Both the position numbers and the translations under genes were made by a program. The notes beneath the pieces are model-generated. The model was given only the letters and a program-made list of their open reading frames with translations. It had not been told where the DNA came from and did not search any database. From the NCBI GenBank assembly GCA_964016885.1, contig OZ024749.1, positions 41,664,001-41,728,000 of the forward strand: a DNA stretch of 64,000 nt, in the 5' to 3' direction. Below, one piece after another: positions 13,336 to 26,698 of this stretch (the first letter of the stretch is position 1; the number at the start of each line of letters is the position of its first letter). The DNA is from Eledone cirrhosa. Taxonomy: Eukaryota.

Positions 13336-14095
13336 GTGGTGGTGATGTTGGTCTTGGTCATGGTGGTGTTGGTGGTGGTGGTGATGATGGTGTTGGTGAT
13401 GATGGTGTTAGTGGTATTAGTGTTGGTGGTGGTGGTGATAGTGGTGTTAGTGGTGGTGATGGTGTTGGTGGTGATGGTGTTGGTGGTGGTGGTAGTGTTG
13501 GTGATGATAGTGGTGTTGGTGGTGATGGTGTTGGTGGTGGTGATGGTGTTGGTGGTGGTGATGGTGTTGGTGGTGATGGTGTTGGTGGTGGTGATGGTGT
13601 TGGTGGTGTTAGTGGTGTTGGTGGTAGTGATGGTGTTGGCGGTGTTGGTGGTGTTGGTGGTGGTGATGGTGTTCGTGGTGGTGGTGATGTTGGTTGTGGT
13701 GGTGATGTTGATGTTGGTTGTGGTGTTGACGTTGATGATGGTATAGGTGTTGGTTGTGGTGGTGGTATTAGTGGTGCTGGTGTTATTGTTGGTGGTGGTA
13801 TTGATGTTGTCGGTGGTGGTGTTGGTTGGTTGGTTGTGTTGGTGGTGTTGCTGTTGTTATTGGTGATGTTGGTGTTGATGGTAGTGGTGGTGACTGTGGC
13901 AGTTATGGTGATGGTGACTGTGACTGTTGCAGTTGTGGCGGTGGTGGTGGTGGTGGTGTGACATTGGTGGTAGTAACTGTGGCATTGGTGGTAGTAGTGA
14001 CTGTGGCGGTGGTGGTGGTGGTGTGACATTGGTGGTGGTAACTGTGGCATTGGTGGTAGTAGTGACTGTGGCGGTGGTGGTTGTGGTGTGGATGG
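13336..14095. repeat. Compound GGT/GTT/GAT triplet repeat
   Basis: Low complexity; includes a ~63-bp duplication near 13935-14075. Confidence 0.9.
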
Positions 14096-14269
14096 AATGG
14101 AATCTCATATCAAAAGGGAACCAATAGGTCAAACATGTCTACTTGATAATTCCTAATTTCATAACAAAACACCACTTAGTCATTTAACCAACAATCAGCT
14201 GTAATTGTCCACTTATATACCTAGAGACACAGACATGGCTGTGTGTGTGTTAGTCGTTTCAATGTGTAA

Positions 14270-14478
14270 CCCTTTACTATTTACATTATTCTATATATAC
14301 TATTACATTTTCACGGTAAAGGCTTTACCTAATATAATATCGAATCTATGAAATTTTGATGTTATTTATTTTGAGAACAATACCTTAACATCAGTATGAG
14401 CAGCTAGTTACAGCTGGTTTGAACAGAAAGAGGTGAGAGAATTCTGGCTGGATATAGCCGGTTTAAATGCTAAAGGGT
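14270..14478. mobile_element. piggyBac-type MITE (small family)
   Basis: CCCTTTA...TAAAGGG ends followed by TTAA; homologous to 15381-15601 and 48362-48569. Confidence 0.7.
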
Positions 14479-15380
14479 TAATATAGAATCCTCTGCAGTA
14501 TTCATGCTGGCTCTCTTCTCTTTGAATTCAAATCCCACCAAAGTCAACTTTGCCTTTCATCTCATCGATTATCATCATCATCATCATCATCACTGTTTTG
14601 TGTCTATTTTCTACGCTTGCCTGGGTTAAATGGGTTGTTATGCTTTGAGGTAAGACAGGCGTGTAAGACAACTGTGACTTGCTTACGCACACACACAACA
14701 GTGTTCCACAGTTTCTGTCAACCAAATTCTATAGACAAGGCATCAATCAACTCAAAGCTATAACAGAAGAGAGAAAACACTTGGTCAAAGGTGTCACACA
14801 GTGGGATTGAACCCAAAATTATGTAGCTGCAAAAAGAACTCCTTAACCACGCAACCAGAAATATATATGAGTCTGGGTGACTAACGTCAACATCATTAAG
14901 TCTAAATGAAGTTTGAACATTCCACATCCTTCATTAACAGCAGAAAATATGAAGGTGGTAGGGGAGAGTGGAGCTTGATTGGATGGGCTGGGTGGATGGG
15001 GCTTGTTTACTTAGTAGACTGTTTTTATAAGTTATTTCATTTGAACACAGTTACCACACCCGTACACCAAAACAATACCCTTACCACACCCATACACCCA
15101 AAATAGTTTCCAACTTAGTCACAAGGCTAGAAAACTGTGGTCTGAAAAAGAGAGGGGAGGAGGGGGGGGGTAGTTGATTAAATAGAAATCTCTCTCGCCC
15201 CAGTACATGACTGATACTTCATTTTATTGAAACCTGAAAAATGTTAATTAGGGCTTTGCCAAAGAGAAAAGTACTTGTCTTCAACCCTTGCAGGCACATC
15301 CACCACAAAACCTTTTTTTGCCATGGTCACCAGGCAGATAAAAACTGCCTGATACCATTAAAACTGAAAGGGTATCTTAA

Positions 15381-15601
15381 CCCTTTAGCATTAACATTAC
15401 TCTATATTTACTATTGTATTTTCACAGTAAAGGCTTTACCTTACATAATTATCTCACATAATATCGAATCTAAAACATTTTGATGTTATTTATTTTAAGA
15501 ACAATACCTTAATGTAGGTATCAGTGGCCGGTTACAGCCAGTTTGAACAGAAAGAGGTGAGAAAGTTCTGGCTGGATATGGCCAGTTTAAATGCTAAAGG
15601 G
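15381..15601. mobile_element. piggyBac-type MITE
   Basis: TTAA|CCCTTTAGCATT ... AATGCTAAAGGG|TTAA: TIRs plus a TTAA target-site duplication. Confidence 0.85.
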
Positions 15602-16534
15602 TTAAGCAAATAGACCCCAAAACACAAAGTGCTCTCCTGGTGAACACTGCACATATACTCAAGAAAGTGCAGTCAGTTTAACCCTTGTAATACCAAACCA
15701 CTTGAAGCTGCCCCAGGTTTTAAAATACTGTTTGATTTGAATTGTTTATATTTATCTAAAACCAATCCATCATAACTTTATGTAAGAACCTTTATTAATT
15801 TACCATATGTACTCAAATATAAGCCAACTCCCTATTTTATGTCTGAGAAATTGGCAAAAATCCAACCCTCATTTATAAACTGAAGCAGCTAATCAACACA
15901 TTATGTTTAGATGGTATAGTTTTGAAATTCTCATGAGTAGAGAATATGTTTATGAAGTTTTAATATTTTGATATTTTAAATGTTTTAATTGTCCTGTGTA
16001 TAGTTTTGTTTCACTACTCAATTGTGCAATGATTTTATATCACTTTCCAGCTGTTTTGAAGGCCATATTCTTTTTTAAAAAACATAAAAAAATAATAGAA
16101 ATTTCACCTCCGAAGTGAAACCGGTGTAATATTCATTCAAAAGTGGAACCTTTGTAATATTCACCTCCAAAGTGAAACTAGTGTAATATTTTAGCAGATC
16201 ATAAACAGAGCCTTTCATTAGAAATATGGTAGTAAAAGGGTTAACATATTTATATTTATCTAAAAACCTTCCATAGCCCCTGGTTCTATAATTCAAAACT
16301 GTTCATTTTAAAGTGCTTATCACCATCATAAAAAAACCTCTCATAAATATTTGAAGTAAGAATCTTTGATAAATTATGTTCCGAACTCCAGATAAATAAT
16401 AAGAAAGTTAGTTACTTTACTAAATCCCTCCAAATTCTTGATTATTTTCAATATTATTTGAAAATCAAAGGCAAAATCTTTTATTAGACATATGGTAATG
16501 AATAGGTTAAGATCCTTGCTGAGACTTAACAGAC

Positions 16535-16850
16535 ATCATCATCATCATCATCATCATCGTTTAACGTCTATCTTCCACGCTAGTATGGGTTAGATGGGAA
16601 TTGTCCCACTTGAGGCAAGATTGGTCGGGTGACCGTGTCTCGCTCGTATAGGACTGTCTGGCAGGTGTTCTACGGCTGGATGCCCTTCCTAACACCAACC
16701 GCATTTACAGTGTGGACTGGGTGCTTTTTATCGTGTTACCTACACGGCCACATTACAGCGTGGACTGTGTGTTTTTTTGTCATGACACCTACACGACCTC
16801 ATTAGTTTGGACTGGATGTTATGGTACGAACATAACATTACAGAGAAAGG
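16535..16850 (-). mobile_element. (CAT)n-tailed SINE-like retroposon
   Basis: (CAT)n-CGTTTAACGTC..TTCCACGCTAG.ATGGGTTAGA...GGCTGGATGCCCTTCCTAACACCAACC; further copies near 24.1, 26.1, 32.1, 34.4, 46.2, 55.6, 60.3 and 62.7 kb. Confidence 0.75.
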
Positions 16851-16991
16851 GTGGTGTTGGTGGGAGTGGGAGGATGGAGTAGGGGTAGTGGGTTGGGGTG
16901 TATATTTGGTTAAGAGGTGCCCACTGACTGTAGGTTTCGCTTTGTACATAGGCAAAGTAGAAGATAATTAAAATACAAACCATTAATAATA

Positions 16992-17050
16992 ATCTATACT
17001 ATAATAAGAGCGCATTCTGTTTGTCTGTCTGTCACACTGTCTTTAATTTA
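16992..17050. mobile_element. Possible Helitron-derived element terminus
   Basis: ATCTATACTATAATAA...TCTGTTTGTCTGTCTGTC; a similar reverse-complement end (ACAAACAGACAGACA...TTTATATATATAGAT) lies at about 31940-31990. Confidence 0.35.
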
Positions 17051-17418
17051 TAGAAGTTGAAACAAGAAATGAGTGTCAGAAATAGGAATTTCAAGGATAA
17101 AGATTGTAAATTTGTCTCAGTTTAAGTAAAATGGAATTTTTTTCCCTATTGGAATAGGCATTGGGAGAAACTACAGAAGCTGGAAACGTCACATGTATCA
17201 ACATGCCAATAGATCAATAAATGATCAACACATCAGGGGTATTGATCTATTAAAAATATACTTGTACACATTATATATATATATGTGAGTGTGTGTGTGT
17301 ATGTATATATGTATATATATATATGTAAATATATATATGTAACGAAGGAGTTGTGGTAAGGAACCAGATGGACCATAATGCACCAGAGTACTCAATACTT
17401 AGGGTAGTAGAGTGGGAA

Positions 17419-17543
17419 ATAGGAAAAAGTATGACCCCGACGGCAGAGCTCAAGCCGTTTCGACGGCTATTTCTGGACTCAGAGTCCAGAAATAGCCGTC
17501 GAAACAGCTTGAGCTCTGCCGTCGGGATCATACATTTTCCTAT
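17419..17543. repeat. Near-perfect 62-bp-arm hairpin inside a (TA)n-embedded element (17340-17543)
   Basis: Arms 17419-17480 and 17482-17543 are reverse complements with few mismatches. Confidence 0.9.
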
Positions 17544-17894
17544 ATATATATATGTCTATATCATCATTATATATATATAAATAGGCTGGCCTTGTGCCAA
17601 AATTAGAAACAATTATATATATATAAATATATACATACACATATATATATATACATAAATACATAAACACACAAAAACAAACACACACACACACACATAT
17701 ATATATATACAACACCAGTATTCATAACCTACTTCATACACACATATTGGAAACAAAAACAAACAAAAAAACAACTATTGGATTTATGTCAAATTAAAAT
17801 TCTCTAAAGCCATAAATTAGAAATATTCCAAGAGACATTACCATTATGTTTCTTCTCACACCATACTGACATTCCTCCACCCCTGAGTCTACAC

Positions 17895-18428
17895 TCTTTT
17901 ACTCTTTTACTACTTTCTGTCATCAGACTGTGGCCATGCTGGGGCACCACACTCTTAGTCTTTTACTGCTTTCTATCATTTGACTGTGGCCATGCTGGGG
18001 CATCACACTTTTTTAGTCTTTTACTGCTTTCTGTCATCAGACTGTGGCCATGCTGGGGCACCACACTCTTTTAGTCTTTTGCTGGTTTCAGTCATCAGAC
18101 TGTGGCCATGCTGGGGCACCACACTCTTAGTCTTTTACTGCTTTCTATCATTTGACTGTGGCCATGCTGGGGCATCACACTTTTTTAGTCTTTTACTGCT
18201 TTCTGTCATCAGACTGTGGCCATGCTGGGGCACCACACTCTTAGTCTTTTACTGCTTTCTATCATTTGACTGTGGCCATGCTGGGGCATCACACTTTTTT
18301 AGTCTTTTACTGCTTTCTGTCATCAGACTGTGGCCATGCTGGGGCACCACACTCTTTTGCTGGTTTCAGTCATCAGACTGTGGCCATGCTGGGGCACCAC
18401 ATTCTTTCATTCTTTTACTGGTTTCAGC
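17895..18428. repeat. ~57-bp minisatellite, about 9 units, likely derived from a SINE end
   Basis: Tandem TTTTACTGCTTTCTGTCATCAGACTGTGGCCATGCTGGGGCACCAC; decayed related array at 57300-57570. Confidence 0.9.
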
Positions 18429-18666
18429 AAATATATAAAGCATTAAAACATTGCTAAGTGGCCACAGTAACCCTTACCTGTTCATCCTTTGGGTGGGATG
18501 AAGGGAGAGTGTGTCAATAAAATAAAGTACTAGAGTCAAATTAATCATATATATAAATACACACACACACACACACACACATACATATATTAACCCACCC
18601 CACCATTCTGCCCGTTTCTTCCTCTCATCACTCTTTACTTTCAATTTAACTTCTATTTCTAACTCT

Positions 18667-18704
18667 ATCTATTGATGAAGGACTAGAGTCCGAAACATTA
18701 AGAC
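18667..18704 (+). ncRNA. Minimal hammerhead-like motif (decayed) in a dispersed ~130-bp repeat
   Basis: TTGATGA-A-GGAC TAGA GTCC-GAAA-CATT-AAGAC; homologous to minus-strand 27670-27790. Confidence 0.5.
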
Positions 18705-18896
18705 TCTCTTCCTGCTATTTCAAGTGTTAAACTAATATATTTCTCCTATGTACTGTGCCATTTGTTTTGTTATTTCAGTGTACCTTTTACACATATTTAT
18801 ACACACACACACATATATATATATATAAAAGTTTAAGCAAACAATTTAAAATTTTAATCTGTGTTAATAATAAATATTTGTTCTATGGGTTTATAT

Positions 18897-18931
<35 letters not shown>

Positions 18932-19044
18932 CAACCCTTATTGAGTCCTCTCTGGATTTTTCTCTTTGTATTTATTATTACTATATATATATATATATAT
19001 ATATTTGTTAGCAGGGAAAGTGCCACCATTAAGTGATGATGATG

Positions 19045-19098
<54 letters not shown>

Positions 19099-19132
19099 AT
19101 TTCATCATCATCAAGAACATTTAACACCTATT

Positions 19133-19259
19133 AAATGGTGATGATATATATACATATCATATATATATATATCGACCCCAGTACTTGTGTATATATATAT
19201 ATATATGGACAAGTACTGGGGTCGATATATATATATATGATATGTATATATATCATCAC

Positions 19260-19264
<5 letters not shown>
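19133..19264. repeat. Palindrome with a (TA)n spacer
   Basis: AAATGGTGATGAT...ATCGACCCCAGTACTTGT mirrored by ACAAGTACTGGGGTCGAT...ATCATCACCATTT. Confidence 0.85.
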
Positions 19265-19356
<92 letters not shown>

Positions 19357-19719
19357 TACTAGAGTCCTGTATACACAAATGAACAATTTCTCAAAATAAT
19401 AAATAACACCTGTATCAAAATGTAAAAAAAAATATACAAAAATTTTAGAAAGGCCTCCCCCTCTCTCTCCACACCACTCCCTGGAGAAGGTTGGGATGGT
19501 GGTAGGGATGGGATGGGGGGTAGAGGAAACATGGAAATATGAGATAATAAACATGAACAAAGGACCTGAAATTCCACACTAGGAAGTTACTGGGAGAGAT
19601 TGGTAACAGGAGGGATTTGGTCAAGTTTGATAAGATTAGAGGGGAGGGGGAGAAAGTGGTGAGGGAGAGAGAGAAAGGGGGGCTGAAGGTGGGGTTGAAA
19701 GTGGAGGTGAGGAAGAGAG

Positions 19720-20230
19720 GGAGCTGAAGGTGAAGGTGAAAGAGAGAGAAGGTGGTGAAGGTGAAAGAGAGAATGAGAGAGGAAGATGAAGGTGAGAGAG
19801 AGTGTGTGTTGAAGGTGAGAGAGAGAGAGAGCGAGAGAGGGTGGTGAAGTTGAGAGAGAGTGTGTGTTGAAGGTGAAGGTGAGAGAGAGAGGGTGGTGAA
19901 GGTGAGAGAGAGAGAGAGCGAGAGAGGGTGGTGAAGTTGAGAGAGAGAGAGAGAGAGAGTTGAAGGTGAAGGTGAGAGAGTGAGAGAGGGTGGTGAAGTT
20001 GAGAGAGAGAGAGGTGAAGGTGAGAGAGCGAGAGAGGGTGGTGAATTTGAGAGAGAGTTGAAGGTGAAGGTGAGAGAGCGAGAGAGAGAGAGAGGTGAAG
20101 GTGAGAGAGCGAGAGAGGGTGGTGAAGTTGAGAGAGAGAGAGAGAGTTGAAGGTGAAGGTGAGAGAGCAAGAGAGGGTGGTGAAGTTGAGAGAGAGAGAG
20201 AGTATGGGTGTTGAAGGTGAAGGTGATTGA
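19720..20230. repeat. Purine-rich GA/GAAGGT minisatellite
   Basis: Repeated GAGAGAGGGTGGTGAAGTTGAGAGAG...GAAGGTGAAGGT. Confidence 0.9.
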
Positions 20231-20901
20231 GAAAGGGAGAGGGGGGAGAAGTCAGCAGTAACTGGATGAAGGAAACCTGATAAGATGAAAGCATTTCCTG
20301 TTGTTTTTCTTTGTTTTTGTTCATTTCTTTTGCTACCAACAACTGCATTCCAAGAGAGCAGCAGCACTCTGTGATGTGGCACTCAGGTGTGAGATTGAGT
20401 GAGCACTTGAGTTTAGAGAAACAGATGGAGAAGGTACACTCAAGAAAATGTTACAATTCATAGGAGGTTTGTCGGGTGTTTTAATGATACGGACCCCCAG
20501 TCCTATCATGTTGGTTCTGCTGGCCTCCTATGAAGTCTCTCAGGTATTTTAATGATAAGGACCCCAGTCCTATCATAGGCCAAGAGAGAGTGAAAGGGTG
20601 CAGGATTGAGTAAACTGGAGCAATGTGAAATAAAGTGTCTTGTTCAAGACACAACACATTGCCAGGTCTGGGAATCAAACTCACAACCTCACAAGTGTAA
20701 GCCCAATGATCTAACCACTAAGCCATGCAACTATACATTTACAAGTTGCACCTCCATCTGTGACATGTCAACCAAGCAAGAAAGATAACAATGAGAGAGA
20801 GAGATGGTGTGTTTACCTGAAAGCTGTGATTAATGTTTTTGGTACTGCATTCAGCAACACTTAGGTCGGAGAGGTCAATCTCATCAAATATTCTAAACTG
20901 A

Positions 20902-20942
<41 letters not shown>

Positions 20943-20946
20943 TAAT

Positions 20947-21420
20947 AATTGGCGATTATATAAAAAGTTTGAGGTTCAACTGTAATGGAAAATGGTATGA
21001 CCACTTTGTAACAAAAGAGATGAAAGTGCTGGAAAATGATGAAGCCAAAATCCTGTGGGATATTTCAATACAAATGGAAACAAAGATTGATCATAACAAA
21101 CTGAACATAGTACTGATACTCAAGAAAATACACGAGAATAAAATATAAAGAAAAAACAAAACTACTACAACGATCTCAAATATGAAGTTCTAAAAGTATG
21201 GAAGGGGTGAAGTAAATAAGGTAATATTGGTAGCAATAATTATAGGAGCCCTGGGATGGGAAACAGACAATCTTACAAAAGATTTGCAACAAATTGGATT
21301 TGATCTTGGTATAGAGTCTGTACAAAAAGCCTGCCTAATTGGCTCTGCCAGAATAATTAGAAAAGTGATGGCTACCACATAGAAGAGTATAAAGCAAATC
21401 TTATCTTAAGCTCCAACATG
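20947..21420 (+). mobile_element. R4/Dong-type non-LTR retrotransposon 3' fragment (restriction-like endonuclease)
   Basis: Frameshifted translation KWYDH..KVLENDEAKILWD..Q....HNK, then IIIGALG and QKACLIGSARIIRKV; abuts (AAT)n at 20902-20940. Confidence 0.75.
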
Positions 21421-22407
21421 AAGCTTGATGGTAAGAAGATAAATACTGGTAGTTAACATCAACACTGTGCAATGATGAAGATAACATTTGATAATAAAAA
21501 TAATAATTTAGGCACATGGTCAGCAAATTTTGGGGGGGAAGAGCAAAATTGATTAAATCAACCCCACTACTTGACATTTGTACATTATTCTATGTATTAT
21601 ACATGCATCTTTGATGAGTTGTAGTGCACCTGAGCACTGTACATAATAATTTTCATTATGATTATTAACCCCCCCCCCACACACACACATACATACATAC
21701 ATACATACACTGTTTTCGTCCTGTACTGTCATAATGTTTTTCTTAATGTAAACTCTTTGTGGCTAATAAAGAAATCATTATCATTTTTATTACATTATTT
21801 CATCGACCCCAGAAGAATGAAAATCAAAGTTGACTTGGAGAGATTTAAACCCAGAACGTAGAGAGCCAGAACAAATACTGTATGATGGTAGCGGTGGTGA
21901 CCTATGTTTATATTTATTAATATGACGGTGGGATGAAAGACTATATAGAACAGTGGACATAATTGCAATTCTCAGCTATGTCCCTTTATATTATAAATTG
22001 AAATCTTAATAGATTGGACTTCGCTTTTCATATATCCAGACGACAGAGCAAAGAAAGGGTGAAGTGATCAATAAAATAAAATACCAGTAATATACTGAGA
22101 TTCGATACAATTCACTATACCTCTAACACATTGTGACAAATTTAGAAAACAATATTTATAAATAAGATTTTTTAAATCTTCCTTAAATGTTACTTTATCT
22201 CCAGGATAATAAAACAAGTACTCTTGTTTTATTTCTTATCAGTAAGGAGTACTGGATACCTTTCCTAGTCTGTCGTGGCTTACTAGCTATATACGAATGT
22301 TTAAATTAAATAAATGAATAAATACTACAGCTAGCGTGTATCTGAACAAGGTACATAACTCTGTCTTACTCCAATTTACTTGGCTTGCAAGAAAATAAAA
22401 GGAAGGA

Positions 22408-22701
22408 GCTATGTAGCCGGTAAGAGTGTCAGACACCACGAGTTGCGGCCCGCATTAAGACAATTGTTAAAACAATTTAAAAAATTAAGACAATTGTTAA
22501 AAAATCTTTTCCGCCATCAATTGTTAAAAAAGCAAGTTAAAATCATTTAGTCGTCCATTCGTAATGTATGTCACGCTTTAGTTACATACACACACATCTA
22601 CACGTAAATACATAAACAGATACAGACAACAGAAAGAAGGGGCTGGTGAAACGCTATAGTGATGTGTGTTGCGTCCCTTTAGGGTTTACCGGCTACATAG
22701 C
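22408..22701. mobile_element. Putative MITE with 16-bp perfect TIRs
   Basis: GCTATGTAGCCGGTAA (22408-22423) / TTACCGGCTACATAGC (22686-22701); no clear TSD. Confidence 0.5.
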
Positions 22702-25700
22702 CTATTCGAAAATAAAACTTTAAAAAAAAAAAAAATATATATATATATATATATAAGGTCGTACAATTGGACTATTTATTTTGTAGGAAGGGCTCGCAGC
22801 TGTAAATTCAACTATCTCAAAAGAAAAACCCACAAAAAAACTATTCCATCCAATAAACCATAGAAAAATTGTTATAACACAAAAAACACGAAAATAAAGA
22901 TGAAAAAAAGATCGAATGAGATTTTCGTATGAAAATACACTCATACACATACAAATAAAACATAAACAATACAAATATTTTTATCATCATCATCACCATT
23001 TAACGTCCATTTTTCCACGCTAACATGGGTAGGTAGACATTCACTTGGAACAGAAAGAAGCACCTCCAAAAGAGACATAAACTACCTGTTCAGTGTTTGG
23101 GCCACTGCATAACATATAATACAGGTGCAATTACTGACCACACAGCAAACACCCATATACATACATCACAGGTATCAATGACACCAGATCAGACACACAC
23201 TCACACTCACATACACACACAGATCACACCCAGCACAGGTAAATTCATTGATATCAGATGAAACACACATACACAAATCACACAGATATTGAATGACATC
23301 AGACTGCACACACATACGTGTGCATGCACACACACACATCACAGCCCTCATTCAATGTCACCACAGCAATCCACTCCCCACTCACTGATACACACACACA
23401 TCACAGAGGTAAATTCATTGACACCAAATCAAACACATGAAGACATACACACCAACACATATATACAGTCATACCAATATATATAACCGCCATTTTTAAT
23501 TTAAAAATAAGACCTAATTTAAATTATCGTGCTGAATAATGCACTCACATGTATCTTTGTCTCTCCTGTAAAGGAATATTTATTCCAGTAATGATAATTT
23601 TCGTTTGCTGCCGTATAATTTTGACTAACTTCCAGCAACATCATTATAAACATTTTTTTTCTTGTCTGAAGATTCTATGCAAATATCACTTATAGCAATG
23701 TATATACGTGCATACACACGCATATATGTGTGAACTGTTATTTTGATATTGAATGGATGAAACACTGGGTTAGATGTAAAGGTTGTTTTTAAATATATTG
23801 CCTTCTCCTCCATTTATGCTGCTTATGTACATATATATGCACATATATACTTACACCCAAACACACCAAACACACAAATATATATATATATATATTAGAT
23901 ATCTATATATATACACACAGTAATACAGAAAACCTGCCTTCCCATGAGCACAGGCTGAAGCATACATCTAGTATGCACCACCTTCGCCTGCATCCCCCTT
24001 TCCATATATCTCACACGTAATAACACGCCACCCATGTCCTAATACTCTGCCCCCTATACCTATCTCCCCAATCCCCATATACCTAGCCCACCAAAGTCCT
24101 CAGTCCACACTGTAAGGTGGTCATGTTGGTGTCATAACAAAAAGCACCCTGTAAATGTGGTTGGCATTAGGAAGGACATCCAACCGTAACAACAGTCTTG
24201 TATGAGCAACACATGGTCACCTGACTCGACTTGCCTCAAATAGGACAACCTGCCTAACCCATACCAGCATGGAAAACAGACGTTAATGATGGTGATGACT
24301 CACACTTCACTTGGGAAAGTGACAAAGGTAGATTTATTGAAGATACAATTACCAGATTAGCTATCTATCAATTACAATTGTGTGTGTGTGTGTCATCATC
24401 ATCATCATCATTTTACGCCCGCTTTTCCCTGCTTGCAAGGGTGGGACGGTATCTATATAGGTATTATGGGCGTGTGTGTATGCATGTATATATAATTATA
24501 TATTTCTCTGAAACAGGATATGCATTCTTATCAAGTTTTATCAAAATACATCTGTAATGATACCTTCTCTTCTTTATTTCTTTTTTGGGAAGTTATAGGG
24601 ATTAAAGAAGAGAAGAAAATAACTTTGAAAAAGTGGAATGAGCTACATGGGTCATCACAAACCAAGTCAGTACTCAGTCTAAGCTACTGACCTCTCAGAA
24701 GGACTGGGGGTCGATTCTCCCTTACTTGGATTAGACAGGTTGTTGTGTTATGAGACAAGTCGGGTTAGGTAACCCACGTCTTGTTCATATGGCTTTGTAT
24801 TTTGGCTTGGTTTCTACAGTTGGATGCCCTTCCTAATACCAACTATGTTACAGTGTGGACTGGGTGCTTTTTATCGTGGCGCCAAAACAACCATTTATCA
24901 GGGTAGTCTAGGTATATTTCATGTCACCAGCACAACCACCTTACAGGGTGTACTGTGTGCTTTTTATCATGTCACCAGCACGACCACTTTACTGGAGAGG
25001 CTGAGTGCTTTTGTTGTTGTGGCACCAGATCTGCATACAAGATGGACTCAGTGCTTTTTGTTGTGGCAACAGCATTGTAAGAGATCAGATGTAGAGCATG
25101 TCCGGCTTTCATGCTTGTATGCATGGGCTACGCAGGCAAGGTTTGTCAGGGCTGAGGATATGGGGAAAACAATAAGCAAGTTTGACATGGAAAGGTGCAT
25201 GGGATATTTAAAATGCAAGCTTCATTTCTCTCCAATCTTCATAGCTCCTCTGCACTCAGTGCCCAACTCTCACTTCCAATCAACACTGCTGTTCATACAC
25301 AAGCATCATACAATCTGTCGTTCATTTTGAGGGAAAAACCTTTTGTAGTCAGCAGAGGTAGTAGCTTCCTGAACTTTTCAATCATGTTCTCATATATATA
25401 CATATATATATACTCATTGACAACTTTGTCCATTTTAGTGGTTCCTGACCTATGTTCATTAATATAAGTTAGTCAGAATCATCAGATTTGAACAAAATGC
25501 TTTCCAGTATTTTGTAATGGCCCTTTACATTCTGAGTTCAAATCGCACCTTGGCCAACTTTACCTTTCAACCTTTCTGGGTCGATAAAATAAAGTACCAG
25601 AAAAGTACTGAGGTCAGTATAGTCGACTTTCATCTGCCTCCCCCCACCCCTACACCTCCACCACCTAAAAAAAAACAAAAAACATTGCTGGCTTTGTGCC

Positions 25701-26009
25701 TAAATAAGTTCCAGAAGAGATTTCAAAGAAAAAAGCAAGAGAAAACTGAAATAGTTAAATACTCCACCTTTGTGTCTTTTGCATAGTACAATTTACGTCC
25801 TTTTAATTTAAAATATTTCCGTCGATAACCCTGTAAAAGAGAGAGAGAGAGAAACATAAATAAAGCTACTCAAACAATACATATCCATAGAGAGAAATTG
25901 GATATATGAGGAATCAGAGAGAAGACTGCACTGGTTATGGACATGTAATGTGTATGGATGATGGTCATTGGTTGAAGAAATACCTCACCTGAAAGTTTCT
26001 TAACACAAT

Positions 26010-26460
26010 TGTATAACCAACTAACTATATGCAAGGACATATCTTGTAATACAACTATATGTAGTATAGTGTTGTATAACCAACCAGTTATATACCAGGA
26101 CATATTATAAACGTGGTTGGTGTTAGGAAGGGCATCCAGCCGTAGAAAACCTGCCAGACAGTCCTATACGAGCAAGACATGGTCACCCGACCAATCTTGC
26201 CTCAAGTGGGACAATTTGCATCTAAACCCATGCTAGAGTGGAAGATAAACGATGATGATGATGATGATGATATCTGTTAATACAGCTATATGTAGTACAA
26301 TGTAGTATGTTGTATAACCGGCCAGCTATATACCAGGACATATCTGTTAATACAGCTATATGTAGTATAGTGTAGTATGTTGTATAACCAACCAGCTATT
26401 ACCAGGACATATCTGTTAATAAAGCTATATGTAATATAATTTAGTATGTTGTATAAATAA
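26010..26460. repeat. ~68-bp tandem repeat interrupted by a (GAT)n-tailed SINE at about 26110-26270
   Basis: ATATCTGTTAATACAGCTATATGTAGTA...GTATAACCAACCAGCTATATACCAGGAC units on both sides of the insert. Confidence 0.75.
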
Positions 26461-26619
26461 GCAGGCAGCTATGTAGCAGATAACCTATTATCTAAGGGAG
26501 ATCACTCTGAACTGACAAAGGAAAAAGACAAAACAAAATATAATTTCCTACCAGCCATAATAACTACACACACAAATGGTTTATTTATATATATATATAC
26601 TTCATTCCTGTCTGCTTAT

Positions 26620-26697
<78 letters not shown>

Positions 26698-26698
<1 letters not shown>

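Noticed and set aside
2349-14132. Long ORFs (up to 920 aa) rich in T, P, H, V, G, N or S/L
   Set aside because: They are overlapping translations of triplet and 18-bp repeats in multiple frames, with no domain or splice evidence.
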